Counted from the first letter of the stretch, positions 1 through 10,988 are shown. The stretch is DNA of 64,000 nucleotides from Candidatus Latescibacterota bacterium (GCA_963736125.1 CAVTNQ010000003.1:27899-91898), one strand, 5' to 3'. Made by a program: numbers and translations. Notes: generated by a model not told the origin, from the letters alone.

Positions 1-829
1 GATTCTCGTCGATCGAGAGCGCGTTCTTGAAATGCTCGCGCGCCTCGATGGGGCGTCCGGCGTGCAAGAGCGCGATGCCGTAGTTGTTGTGATTGACGGC
101 ACTGCCGTCGTCGGCGTCGAGCGCTTGCTTGGCACTCGCGAGCGCCGACTTGGGATTCTCGCCGCGCAGTGCGACATACGTGCGCGCCTCGCACGCCGCG
201 CCGGATTCCTTCGAGCACGAGGCCAGCACCGTTTCCGCGCGCGCTCCCTCGCCGACGGCGTCGAGCTGCAACGCGAGGGCCACGCGAATCTCGTCGGGCA
301 CTTGCGGGTTGCGGGCCACGAACGCATCCAGCAGATCGACGCCCTGCGCGTACATGCCGGCGTCGTAGTAGAGCTTCGACAAGAGCGACGCGGCCGGCGC
401 GTACGACGGATCGACGCCTAGCGCACCGTTCAAGTACGTCATCGCGAGTGCCGTCGAATCCGCCGCCGCGTATAACTCGCCCATTCGGAACGACCAGTAG
501 GGTTCGTTGGGCGCCAGCGCCAACTTCGCGCGGGTCGCCGTCAACTGGTCGACGGCCTCTTCGGGCTTGAGAGGCTTCGGTTCGTCTGTGCCGCTGCCCA
601 TTCCGGGAACGAAACCGAGCGAGCCGCACCCCGCGGTTGCGGCGAGCATGAGCCCGGAAAGGATCCAAGCGGCGGCACGCGGCGCGCCGGGCGCCGGGCG
701 TGCAAAGTCGTGCAGCAGGTTCTTCATGAACGGTGCAGTTGTTCCCAGTTGTTCCTGCTTGGCGTCGAGAAATTTCGACCCATTCCCATTACGCAAGGGC
801 CGTTCCCGCCGCCGGATTGCGCGCGTCAT
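1..829 (-). CDS. TPR-repeat lipoprotein (GltE/AglT-like), truncated by window edge
   Basis: Manual translation: MKNLLHDF...ILSGLMLAATAGC (lipobox), then TPR-like helices (EPYWSFRMGELY, AVNHNNYGIALLHAGRPIEAREHFKNALSID). ATG at 829 overlaps the upstream TGA (ATGA); alternative ATG at 727. Absent from the ORF track because it has no stop inside the window. Confidence 0.75.
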   Translation of the reverse strand, partial: MTRAIRRRERPLRNGNGSKFLDAKQEQLGTTAPFMKNLLHDFARPAPGAPRAAAWILSGLMLAATAGCGSLGFVPGMGSGTDEPKPLKPEEAVDQLTATRAKLALAPNEPYWSFRMGELYAAADSTALAMTYLNGALGVDPSYAPAASLLSKLYYDAGMYAQGVDLLDAFVARNPQVPDEIRVALALQLDAVGEGARAETVLASCSKESGAACEARTYVALRGENPKSALASAKQALDADDGSAVNHNNYGIALLHAGRPIEAREHFKNALSIDEN

Positions 830-3800
830 TTCGACCCCGTCTCGGCGGGCGGTTTGGCCGCCACCAACGGGTGTTCCACCGACGGCTCGAACAAGAATTT
901 CTGCGCCAGGCGCGGCCACAGCGTGTCGCGCGTCTTGGCGATCCACTGGCCGGGGTCTTCGGACTCGGTGCGCGTCTGCGTGAGAAGATCCGACCACACG
1001 TCTTCGCCGCGGTCGTAGAATTCCCAGCTCTGCTGATTGATCACGTCGTCGTACGCGGCGAGGTCGTCGCCCGTGAGATCCTTCGGGACGTTCGCTGGCG
1101 GCCAGCGCGTCGCCGAACTCGATCAAGCACTGACCGACGCGGTACGCCGCCGCGCGCGTGTACTCGGCGAGGTCGTAGGCCGAGCACTTGTTGTAGAGCG
1201 CGAGCGTCGACTCCAGCTTGGCCTTCTTCTTTTCCAGCGACTTCGGGAGCGGTTGCGTGAGCTTCATGGCCGCGTAGTCCGTGTGCGCTTCCTCGGCGGT
1301 CAAGTAGTCGACCTTGGCCAGGATCGCCGGCGACGCCAACTCGGGATTCGCCTTGGCGAGTGCCAAGTACGCCGCGAGGTCGGTGGGAAGAGGGGCGGGT
1401 ACACCCTTCTTCGGCTTCGCGATCGAAAGCAGTGACGAAAGCTTCGAGGTTCCGGTCGTGACACCCGCGAGTTCTTTCTCCGCGCGCACCGCGCGAATCT
1501 GCATCACCGTTTCGGTCTCGCCGGGGAAGCGCTCGATGAAGAGTGAGCGCATCTTCTCGGCACCCGCGTCGTCCTTGGCCGCGGCCAGCAATTCGGACGC
1601 CTTGAGGAGAGCCTCCGGCGCGTCGGGGTCGGTGGCGTACACGCGCGAGAAGCGCTCGTACGCGTCGGCGGCGCTGCGCGCGTTGCCGGACTTCTCGTAC
1701 GCCTGGGCGATCTGGACGGTGGCGTCGCGCGCGTACTCGCTTTTCGGGTATTTCGCGAGCAGCTGTTCCCACGCGCCCGCCGCATCGACGTAGCTCTGGT
1801 TGGCCGCGAAGCCCAACCCCGCGCGATACAACGCCAAGTCGGCGTGCGGGAAAGTGGGCCAGCCAGTGGCGACGCGCGCGAACAGCGGTGCCGCATCGCC
1901 GTCGCCCTTGTCCTTGGCCACCGCTTCGGCGTGCTTGAAGTAGCACACCGGGATCGACTTCTCGAGTGCGGTCGCGAGCGTGTCCTGCTTGGCCGCGCGC
2001 GCGAGTGCCAATGCCTTCTCGTAGGCCGCACCCGCTTGGTCGTACTCGGCGCGTTGGTAACGCGCGTCGCCCGCCATGCGCACCGCGCGCGGAGCGCGCT
2101 TGTCGGCGGGGAAGCGCTCGCCGAACAGCATGAACGCGGTAGCGGCGTCGGGGTACCAGCCGTGCGCGTAGGCGACGTTGCCCCCGCGCCACACGACGTC
2201 GGCGTCGCGCGGGTCGTTCGGATACAGACGCGTGAACTCCTTGCACGCCGCGAGCAGTTGCGCGCCGAGCGAATCGCCGCCGGCCTTCGCGTTGGCGGGA
2301 CGGACACTCTGATACCACGTGTCGGTGACGGCGACGCGCTGGAACGAGGCCTCGACGGCCAAGCCGGCGGAATCGCTCTTGGCGGCCGCGGCGAAGTGGG
2401 CGAGCGAGTTCGGGTACTGCTTCAGTCGCACCGCGGCTTCGCCCGCGACGAAGTGGATGCGGTCCGCATCGGGCGCCTTCGGCCAGTTCGTGAGATACGT
2501 CTCGTAGTTGGCGAGTGCGGTCTGCCAGCTGGCCGGATCGTTGGTCTCGCGCGCCTTCTTGTGATAGAAGGCCGCGTTCTCGCGATACGCCGACTGCGAG
2601 AAGGACTGCGCGCGCGCGTGGAGGGCTTCGTCGTCGTTGGCCTTCCACCACGGCGAGCCCGGCAAGAGGCGCGCGGCCGCGGCCAGCTTGGCTTCGCGCG
2701 CGGCGTCGGGCTTGTTCCAGCTCTTGTAGGTGTCGGCCATGCGCTCCGCGACGGCCATGGCTTGCGCATCCTGCGGATAGCGCTCGAGCCAGAGCTTGTC
2801 GCAGTCGATGGCTTCTTCGTACAGGCTCAAGCTGCGCATGAGGTGGCCGAGCGACAAGAGCACGCGCGACTCGTAATCGCGCGGGCCCAAGCTCCCGAAG
2901 TAATCGCGGAACGCACTGGCGCCGCCCGCGCGCGCGAGCGAATGGACGAGGTATTCCTCGGCCTCGTCGCGCAGGTCCATCTTCTTCGCGATCTCGGGGT
3001 TCTTCGCATAGTGGTCGATCAAGCGACGAAACGCGTCGGTCGCTTCCGTGAATTGATCCTCTTCGAACTGCGCCCAGCCGAGCTTGTACAGCGCGATCGC
3101 GGTGAACGACGGATCGGTGCCCTGGGCCGCTGCGACGAAATAGGGCACGCAGCCCGCGTAGTCTTCGTGGTCGAAGCGGTCGCTGCCCAAGCGCAGCCAC
3201 GCTTCCTGCGCGTCGGGCGCGTTCGGGTACTGCTGGACCAAACGCGTCAGGTACGTCGATGCTTCCGCCTGGCCGTCGTCGGAGAGAATCATGCCCAGGT
3301 TGAAGAGCACCGCGTCCTGGTGCGGAAAATTGGGGTCTTCGTTCAGAATGGCGCGATAGAGATCGACCGCCGGCCCGTAGTCGACGAAGGGCGCCATCGC
3401 GCGGTCCTTCATTTGATCGGACGACGGCGACTGCCCCAAGAACGACGCCATCTTGGCTTGGAAGTCGTCGCGTGCTTGCATGAGCAAGAGGTCGGCGAGG
3501 CGGAAGCGCGTCTCGCCGCGCGCGACACTTTCCGGATAGCGCGACAAGAACGTGCCGAGGTTTCCGATCGCGCGCGCGCGCAGGGGTGCGATGGCCAAAC
3601 TGTCCGCGTTGGGCTCGGTGTCGAGTGCTGCGTCGACGGCCAATTCGTACGACGCGTCCGCGACGTGGTAGTCGATGGCTTCGCGCTCGGCTTCCAGCGT
3701 CACTTCACCGCGACGCGCCACCGCGCGCGCGACGTCGCGGCGCACGACCTTCTCCTGCGCGGTGAGGCTCGCCAGATTCGAGGCCAGTATGTCGCGCTTC

Positions 3801-5731
3801 GCGACCTCGCCGGCCAAGACGGGATCATTCGCCACCGCCGCCAAGGTCGAGTCGAGGGCGGCGCCGTCGCGACGGGCGCGCGCCAGCTGGGCGCCCAAGG
3901 CCCCGCGCAACAGGCGGCTGTCGTCGGCGAAGCGAGGCCGCCACACTTCCGCGTATGAGCGATTGATGACGTCGGCGGAGCGTGTCGCAAAGAACACGAC
4001 GAGGGACTCGGCCTCGGCGGTGAGCGCTTGCTCGTCGGCCAACACCTGCGACGGTGTGGGGACGTCGGGCGGAAATTTCTCCGGCCGGTCGCGCTGCGGC
4101 CCGTCCATGTAGAAATGTCGAAGCGCTTCCATGAAGATGCGTTCGCGCTGTAGCTCGACCGCCATGTCGTGCGTGCGCGCGGCGATTTGACGCAGCGCGC
4201 CGTCGCGTGCGCCTTCGAGCTGACGGAGTGCCCCGTCGAGCCGCAGCAAGAGACTGTCGAGGTCGGTGGTCGCGCGGCCCAGTGACGCAACGATCGACGA
4301 TGCCTCCGCGCGCCCATCTTTCAAGTATGCGAGGCGGCGATCGACCTCCGCCTTTCGTTCCGCGACCACGCGCTCCTGCTGCGCCAGCTCATTCTCGGTC
4401 CGTCGTCGCTCGGTTTCGGCGGCGTGGACGCGCGTCCATTCCTCGGATGTCGGCGTGTAGCGAACCAAGATACCGGTGGTATCCCACGCGAGAGTCGCGA
4501 AGGCATCGTCGTCGCGGGGCCAGAGCTCTGCGTCGAGGTCTTTGGCGGGCGCGGTCGACGGGTCGGTGCGAAGATCGACGGACGCCGTGGCCATGGCGTC
4601 GATCTGCGCCACCAGCGCATCCGACGCCAGGCGAATCTCGTCGCGCCAATTCTGTGCGCGGCCCCACACACTCCACATGGTCGACAGATCGGGCGCGTTT
4701 TCCAACTTGTCGAGTGCGTTGAATTCGTCGGTCCAGCTGTCCTCGGCGGACTCGGCGTAGCGCAAGGCCGCGTGCCAGTAGCCGCGCTCGAGGGCCACGT
4801 CGGAGAGCGAGAGCTTCACCTCGCGCAGTCCATCGTAATTCGGGTATCGCTTGAGAACGTCGGAGAGCACCTGCCGGGCCGTGGCGGTGTCGCCTTGGGC
4901 GACCGCGACGGAGGCCAGGATGTGCGCCGCGCGTGGCGCATGCCGGCTCTCGCTGGGGACCCGTCGCAAGAGGTCGCTGGCATCGCGTTTCTGCTCGATG
5001 CGCGTGGTCGCGAGCTGAATCAAGGCGGCACCCACGAGATCGGCTTCGAGGCGACTGTGCGGTGTCACACCGCCCAGTCGTTCCCACTCGCGCGTCGGGT
5101 CGCTGCCCGTCGCTTGGCGCGCGAGGGCCTGCAAGTAGAGGTGAATCGACGCGAGCGCCTCCGACGGTGTTGTGCTCTCGAGCAACGCGAGCGCGTCGTT
5201 GGCGCGCCCGGATTCGAGCAGGAGGGATGCGCGCATCTCGTTCGCCCCGGGGAATTCGGCGGGTGCGGCTTCGGTCGCACCCGTAGAGCCTCCCGCCGTA
5301 CCGCCCAGCTGGGCGTGCTGCGCCAGCTGGCAGTAGCGAATCCATTTCCGATACGCGGAGCCGGTGGCGTTGCCGGCGCGCTCGGCCACGCGCGCGAATC
5401 CGTCCGCGTCCTCGAGTCGAAGATACGCCGCCGCCAAAAGGAACGCCGCGCGGTCCGCGCGTTCGAAGGTCGACGTGGTCGTGATGTCGATGGTCTCGAG
5501 CAGGGAGATCGCACCGCGCAGGTCGCCCTTCTGCCACAAGTCGACGGCGCGCCCCAAATTGAGCGCGTCCCATTCGTTCGGCGTTAGGGTCCGGGGAATC
5601 GGATGGGTCGGCGAAGCGGCGAGCGAATCCGCGGGTGTCGCACCTTGCGCGCGCACGACCGCCGCGTTTGCGAGCGCGACGATGGCAAGCCCGACGAGCC
5701 ACGCCGGAGCGATCTGGTAGCGCCTCCGCAC
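826..5731 (-). CDS. Very large secreted TPR/coiled-coil protein (~1634 aa), GltD/AgmU-like C-terminus; one +1 frameshift at ~1085-1087
   Basis: Manual translation from GTG 5731 (RBS GAAAGGG): signal peptide, helical/coiled-coil N-half, many TPR units with 'YP..' turns (ALYKLGWAQF, LYRAGLGF). C-terminal KKKAKLESTLALYNKC...AAAYRVGQCLIEFGDAL, continuing after a one-base shift into ERPKDLTGDDLAAYDDVINQQSWEFY (track ORF 826..1044). Confidence 0.75.
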
Positions 5732-5744
5732 GACATCGCCCTTT

Positions 5745-6551
5745 CTATCGATACCAAACGTCGGTAAGAAGTCCCATCGCCTCGCGACTCGGGTCGAGGC
5801 GTGAAAGATCGAGACCCAGGAACGTGAGGCGATCGCGCGCGGTGTCGACGGTGATGGGCACGGGCGCCGTCGGCCATCCCGTCCCTTCGAAGCTGACCGA
5901 GATCACGTGCTCGCGCGGCTCCACGAATTCGTGGTAGACCTGTGCGATGCCGCCCTGCTCGAGCGAGATACGCTGCTGGGGTGTGAGCTCGACGCGCACG
6001 ACGTCTTCGTCTTCCGCGATCACGACGGTGGTGGGGGCGTTCTTGCCCGAGAAGCCGCGCATCACGATCACGAGGGCCGTCTCTTGGTGACCGAGCACGT
6101 CTTTCTCGAGCCCCAAGAGACGCACGCGGTGCTCGGCCAAGAGGCTCTCCATCTGGGTCATCTGTCCTTCGAGCTCTCCCAATTGCGTGACACTCGTCAT
6201 CAAGCGACGCTGGGCCGTGAGGAGCGATTCCGCGCTGACGGTGTCGCGCGCCGCGGCGATCGCGGCCGACATCTGCTGCAACAGCAGGTAGCGCTGATCG
6301 AGGGTCTGAGCCTGGTCGACGTGCGTGCGCGTGGTTTGAACTTTCAAGAGATCGAGCTGGGCGCGGATGAACACGCGGTTGTCCTTCAAGAACTTCAAGC
6401 TCGTGTGCTTGGGCTCCTTGGTGTCCGCGCGCTTGACCTCGATGGTCTCGACGACACCGGTGGTGTCGGCCGCGAGTTGCGCGAATGCCGGCGAGGTGCG
6501 ACCCGCGCCCAACAGGCACGCCACGATGAGGAGAATGATTCGTGCACGCAT
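5745..6551 (-). CDS. Secreted hypothetical protein, coiled coil plus small beta domain
   Basis: 268 aa ORF, Sec signal, heptad-rich middle, C-terminal 'LEQGGIAQVYHEFVEPREHVISVSFEG' segment. Good codon bias; 1-nt gap to the upstream gene. Confidence 0.7.
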   Translation of the reverse strand: MRARIILLIVACLLGAGRTSPAFAQLAADTTGVVETIEVKRADTKEPKHTSLKFLKDNRVFIRAQLDLLKVQTTRTHVDQAQTLDQRYLLLQQMSAAIAAARDTVSAESLLTAQRRLMTSVTQLGELEGQMTQMESLLAEHRVRLLGLEKDVLGHQETALVIVMRGFSGKNAPTTVVIAEDEDVVRVELTPQQRISLEQGGIAQVYHEFVEPREHVISVSFEGTGWPTAPVPITVDTARDRLTFLGLDLSRLDPSREAMGLLTDVWYR

Positions 6552-6552
6552 G

Positions 6553-7098
6553 CTAGCCCCTCAACATCCGCACGACGTCGCCGTTGGACGCGTCGACGAT
6601 GACGAACAGCGCGGGCTGCGTGTCGGATTCGTAGACCAGCGCCCACGTGGTCGCGTCGGGCTTCTTCTCGTGAAACGCGCCGCGGACGAGGAGCATGGCC
6701 GCCAAGTGACCGTTGTAGTCGTGGCAGTATTTCTGCCCGGCCTTGGCTTCGGCGGCGGTGCGGGCGGCGTGGCTGTCGATCCAGTCCTCGGAGAGCGGCG
6801 GCGCTTCGAAGTCGAACCCGAGGTCGGCGGCTTCGAGGATCTTGCCGTCGCGGACGGAGTAGCTGCGCGCCTTGGCCTTCAAGGGCGAATAGAACAGGTA
6901 GCCCCAACGAATCGCAGTACCGTCGGGGCCGACCATCTCGTCGTTTTCCAGGTAGACGAGTTGCGCGTCGGGCGCCCACGACTGGGCCGCGTCGCGCGCC
7001 ACTTCCACCCCGGCGCGGGCCGAAAAGCGCGTCGGCTCGTCGGCCGCGGCCGAGAGCGCGCACGCGAGTAGGGCCAGGATGATCACGGTGCGGCGCAT
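6553..7098 (-). CDS. Secreted hypothetical protein, PepSY-like
   Basis: 181 aa, signal peptide, two similar alpha/beta repeats, C-terminal 'VIVDASNGDVV' typical of PepSY-like folds. Confidence 0.6.
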   Translation of the reverse strand: MRRTVIILALLACALSAAADEPTRFSARAGVEVARDAAQSWAPDAQLVYLENDEMVGPDGTAIRWGYLFYSPLKAKARSYSVRDGKILEAADLGFDFEAPPLSEDWIDSHAARTAAEAKAGQKYCHDYNGHLAAMLLVRGAFHEKKPDATTWALVYESDTQPALFVIVDASNGDVVRMLRG

Positions 7099-7123
7099 GG
7101 TGTCACTCCTCCCGATGCGATCC

Positions 7124-7978
7124 CTAGAGCAGGTACGTCACTCCGACGCTGAATTCGAAATTCAGGTTGTCGCGGCGCGTCTCCGAAACACCCGAGTTGA
7201 ACATGTAATTGCGGAACTCGAAGCGCATCGCCGTCGACTTCTTGACGAAGAAGTCGGCGCCCATCCCGTAGTTGAAACTGGTTTCGGTTTCGCCCTGCAT
7301 GATCGAGCTGCCGGCGCCGCCGGTCACGAACGGGACCAGCTGGCGACCGGGGAGAATCTTCCAGGTCACGTTCATGGCGTAAAAGAGCATGTAGAAGTTC
7401 TCTTCCTCGAGGGTGAGACCGAAGAGCGACTCCACGATTTCGGCCGGCCGCACGACGTGGGTGAAGCCGACACTGCCTTCGACTTCGGCGAACTCGAACA
7501 GGTAGTAGCCGACGCGCCCGCCGTACGAGAGCGAGTTCGACTTGCGGTCGAACGCGTAGCCGCCGACGTAGGCGGTCAAGGCGAAGCTGCCGACGCGCGA
7601 GAACAAGCGCGGGTTGGGACGAAACTCCAAGTCCGACATGTCGTCGAACTCTTCGCACAACGACGAGTGGATCCAGCCGGTGTTGGTGTCGGACAAGCGG
7701 ACGTTGTACCACTCGTCGCGCTTGGCGATGACGAGAAACTCGGAGCCTTTCGTGTAGACGCCGACGATGGCGAAGGTGTCGCCCGGTCCGCTGCGAACGA
7801 CGTTGTTGCCGTCCTTCGAGAGGCGCACTTTCTTCTCGGTCAAGACGTGCGGGCCGTTGAGCTCGGTATCCTTGGGAAACGCGGGGGTTTCGGTTTGTGC
7901 GACGCCGACGGCGGGGGTACCCGCCAAGACGACGAGGGACAGACAGACCCAGCCCCACGCGCGTGTGTTTCGGTTCAT
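7124..7978 (-). CDS. SH3b domain plus outer-membrane beta-barrel (OmpA-like porin family)
   Basis: Start MNRNTRAW at 7978. SH3-like 'VRSGPGDTFAIVGVYTKGSEFLVIAKRDEWYNV...GWI', then amphipathic strands (PFVTGGAG, FNYGMGADFF) ending FSVGVTYLL. Confidence 0.8.
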   Translation of the reverse strand: MNRNTRAWGWVCLSLVVLAGTPAVGVAQTETPAFPKDTELNGPHVLTEKKVRLSKDGNNVVRSGPGDTFAIVGVYTKGSEFLVIAKRDEWYNVRLSDTNTGWIHSSLCEEFDDMSDLEFRPNPRLFSRVGSFALTAYVGGYAFDRKSNSLSYGGRVGYYLFEFAEVEGSVGFTHVVRPAEIVESLFGLTLEEENFYMLFYAMNVTWKILPGRQLVPFVTGGAGSSIMQGETETSFNYGMGADFFVKKSTAMRFEFRNYMFNSGVSETRRDNLNFEFSVGVTYLL

Positions 7979-8016
7979 GGCGATTTCCTTGGCGTCGGTC
8001 CGAACGGTCGAACCGA

Positions 8017-8706
8017 TCAGTCGAGACTCCACAACCAGGCCGCCTGCAAGCGCAGGCTCCACTGGTCGAAACGCTCCCGCGACTCGACGATTTCGTCGCC
8101 GTTGCGGTGCGCCGTATCCAGGGAGAAACTCGTATTCTCTGCTTGCAAGGCGAGCGCCAGTTGGGCGGTCAGATTGCCACGAATTTCGATACCGACGCCG
8201 TAATCCCACTCCGAGATGGCGTCGTATGCAACCGTGATGGGGGAGCCGATGCCGGGGTCGAACGTGAGCTCTTCGGGGTCGTAGGCGAGAAACAATCGAC
8301 CGCCGTGCACCACGCCCCACAACTCCACGCCGCGATACGAAACCATGCGGCCTTCTCCTACCCACTCGAGGGCGGTGACGTTGACGCGCGGTGCGACCGT
8401 TTCGCCGGGAATGCCGCTCGCTTGCGTCGTGTGCGCCATCCACATGCGCGCACCGGTGGCGAAGCGGCCGCGGTAGACGGTCGCTTGGGCGCCGGTCTGC
8501 AGGGTCGGCGACACATCCCAGCGATAATTGTCGAGGGTCGGGTCGAAAACGAGGCCGCCGATCATGGGCCCGACACCGATGCGCCAGCGCGGGGACGCGT
8601 GGTCGTCGGGTGCCGCGATTCCATCGGCGAAGGCCGGCGTCGCAAACTGCAAACAGACGCAGGCCGCGACGGCGCCGGCGCCGAATCGCGTCCGTGCGCG
8701 CGTCAT
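8017..8706 (-). CDS. Outer-membrane beta-barrel protein
   Basis: C-terminal part of track ORF 8017..10200. True start MTRARTRF at 8706 (ATGA overlap), signal peptide, alternating beta strands, ending WSLRLQAAWLWSLD. Confidence 0.7.
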   Translation of the reverse strand: MTRARTRFGAGAVAACVCLQFATPAFADGIAAPDDHASPRWRIGVGPMIGGLVFDPTLDNYRWDVSPTLQTGAQATVYRGRFATGARMWMAHTTQASGIPGETVAPRVNVTALEWVGEGRMVSYRGVELWGVVHGGRLFLAYDPEELTFDPGIGSPITVAYDAISEWDYGVGIEIRGNLTAQLALALQAENTSFSLDTAHRNGDEIVESRERFDQWSLRLQAAWLWSLD

Positions 8707-9309
8707 GGCGTGATGGTGAGGGGGAAGCCGGTGTGCAGGATCTCTTTGTCGGACGAGATGAACGGTGTGACGATCAGCGTGTCCGGCTGGTTGGCCCGTT
8801 CGACCTCTTCGCCCGCGCCGATGTAGAGCACCAAGAAACATCCCGCCGCTGGTGAGCGCCGCGGGCGGGACCGTGGCGGTGAACGAGAGGTTCACGTCCT
8901 GCATGAGGTGATCCCAGCCGGTGATCGCGCGCGTCGCGCGCCCGGCCGTGACCGAGTTCGCGAGAATTTGGTCGACGCTCGCGGCGCACTCTTCGGTGTG
9001 GTCGTCCTTGTCGAGCGGCAAGCTCAGCGGGTTCAAGGTCGGGCTGTAGCGAACTTCCGCCACCATGAAGCCGGTGACGATGTCGCGGTAGGTGACGCGG
9101 CCGTTGACCGTCACGTTGATGGGCTGGCCGGCCGAGTGCGATTGATTCGGCTGTGGTGTGACGCTCGTCATCTCGAGCAGCGTCCAACGCTGGTCGATCT
9201 CCGGTTCACCCAGGCAACTGCCCAGCAGCAACGCCGCGAGAACCGGGAGGACGGCGACCCCTTTGGATCGCCGTCCCGTTGGACCGTGACTTCTTCCCGG
9301 CGTCGTCAT
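8703..9309 (-). CDS. Hypothetical lipoprotein (Ig-like beta sandwich); +1 frameshift at ~8836-8838
   Basis: ATG 9309, lipobox LLLGSC. After GGM the high-GC3 frame shifts to FLVLYIGAGEEVERANQPDTLIVTPF...FPLTITP-stop (8703). Confidence 0.65.
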
Positions 9310-9317
9310 GGAATTGC

Positions 9318-10964
9318 CTACTTCACCAACGCCATCTTGCCGGTGAGCTTTTGCGCGCCGACTTCGAGGCGGTAGAGGTAGATGCCCGAGCTTACGGGCG
9401 AGCCGTTCTTGTCGTGACCGTCCCAGCGCACCTCGTGCACGCCGCCGCCGATCTGGCCCGCGGCCAATTCGGTCACCAGGGCACCGCGTACGTCGTAGAC
9501 GCGCAAGCTGTAGGGCTGGTTCGCACCCGCGGGCACCGCGAAGCGAATCGTGGTGCTGGGGTTGAACGGGTTCGGCGTGTTGCCGAGTAGTGCCAAGCGC
9601 GACGGCATGGCCGGTCCGCCCGAGCCCGCCATCGCGATCGGCACGGTCACCGTGCTGGTCGAACCGTTGTCGTAGGTCGAGCGCGCGCGAACGTCGACGC
9701 GATAGGTCCCCTCGCTCCACGCGGACACGTAGTCCTGGTCCGAGAAGCGAATGGTCTGGGTACCCGCGTCGAGCTGGCCCGCTTCGTGGTGCGCGATGAC
9801 GCGGCCGTTCACCGGGTCCACGATGTCGGCGCTGACGTCGGCGTGGTCGGTCAGGGTCACGCGCACACCCGTCTCGCGATCGAGTGCCGCGGCGTCGGTC
9901 AGATCGACGCCCAGATTCAAGAGGCGTATGCCGTTCTGGCCGCCCCACTCTTCGACCAACACACCGCTGCCTTGTCCGGCGCGCGTCTGGCGCCCGGTGC
10001 GGTGGTCGGTGACGTTCGCGAACACCACGTGGAAGCTGGTCGGGCGTTTCGTATTGCCGACGAAGCTCGCCACCGGGGTCAAGGCCGAGGTGAACTTGGT
10101 GATGCGGCCCGCCTGCGGTGCCGCGGCGTACACGTTGCCGTAGTGGTCGGCGTCGAGCGACGTGATGAGACCCAGGCCGTGCGACTCGGCACCCATCCAC
10201 GCGAGCGACGAGCCCGCGTCGCGCAGGTGCACGACGCGCTGGTTGTGCGCGTCGGCCACGTAGACGTCGTCGTCGTTGACGCCGTCGTGGCGTCCGACCG
10301 CGATGGCCATGGGGCCGGCGAAGTGCGCGTCGCCGCTGCCGAGCGAACCGATGGTACCGGTCAGCGTCGCACCGTGCGTGCCGAGCGCATACCGGCGTAC
10401 TTCGTTCTTGCCGGTGTTGGCGACATACAATACGTCGTCGCCGTCATCGAACGGCGTGCCGCCGTCCGAATGCGCGACACCGTACGGGTCGTTCAGATTC
10501 TCGATCGCGTACACGGGCTCCAAGCGAATCTGTTCGAACTCGCTCACGGTGCGAAATACCAGCACGCGGTCGTTGCCGCTATCGGCGACGTAGATCAAAC
10601 CGCGGCCGTCGGTGCCCAAGCCGCGCGGCGTCTTCAAGGCGCCGAAGCTGCTGGTGGCACCGTCGAACGCGAACAAGCCCTGCCCGACTTCACCCATGAG
10701 GAGCCGGTTCCACGCCGGGTCGGACACGACTTGGAAGTAACGCGCTTCCAGATACGGGAAGCGATCGTACACGTCCACGTTGCCCACCACGACGGTGGCG
10801 TAGGGTTCGCCGAACAGGTCGCGTCCGAATTGATCGTTCGCGACTTGCTTGGTCAGCACGTCTACTTGCGCTTGCGCGAGGTAGGGTGCCGGTTGGAACG
10901 TCTCGGCGCGGGCTTCTACCGCGCCCAGAACCAGGATGCTGATGATCAATGATGTCCGGCTCAT
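9318..10964 (-). CDS. Secreted NHL-repeat beta-propeller protein with C-terminal FlgD-Ig/T9SS-type sorting domain
   Basis: NHL repeats (PRGLGTDGRGLIYVADSGNDRV; LYVANTGKNEVRRY; VYVADAHNQRV). C-terminal GNTPNPFNPSTTIRF...VYDVRG...WDG...SGIYLYRL...KMALVK. Confidence 0.85.
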   Translation of the reverse strand: MSRTSLIISILVLGAVEARAETFQPAPYLAQAQVDVLTKQVANDQFGRDLFGEPYATVVVGNVDVYDRFPYLEARYFQVVSDPAWNRLLMGEVGQGLFAFDGATSSFGALKTPRGLGTDGRGLIYVADSGNDRVLVFRTVSEFEQIRLEPVYAIENLNDPYGVAHSDGGTPFDDGDDVLYVANTGKNEVRRYALGTHGATLTGTIGSLGSGDAHFAGPMAIAVGRHDGVNDDDVYVADAHNQRVVHLRDAGSSLAWMGAESHGLGLITSLDADHYGNVYAAAPQAGRITKFTSALTPVASFVGNTKRPTSFHVVFANVTDHRTGRQTRAGQGSGVLVEEWGGQNGIRLLNLGVDLTDAAALDRETGVRVTLTDHADVSADIVDPVNGRVIAHHEAGQLDAGTQTIRFSDQDYVSAWSEGTYRVDVRARSTYDNGSTSTVTVPIAMAGSGGPAMPSRLALLGNTPNPFNPSTTIRFAVPAGANQPYSLRVYDVRGALVTELAAGQIGGGVHEVRWDGHDKNGSPVSSGIYLYRLEVGAQKLTGKMALVK

Positions 10965-10988
10965 ACCCGGCTCCTTTGTTTGGTCCGC

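Noticed and set aside
8017-10200. Track ORF of 727 aa as a single gene
   Set aside because: It is a composite of an out-of-frame overlap with the NHL gene, a frameshifted lipoprotein and a separate barrel gene.
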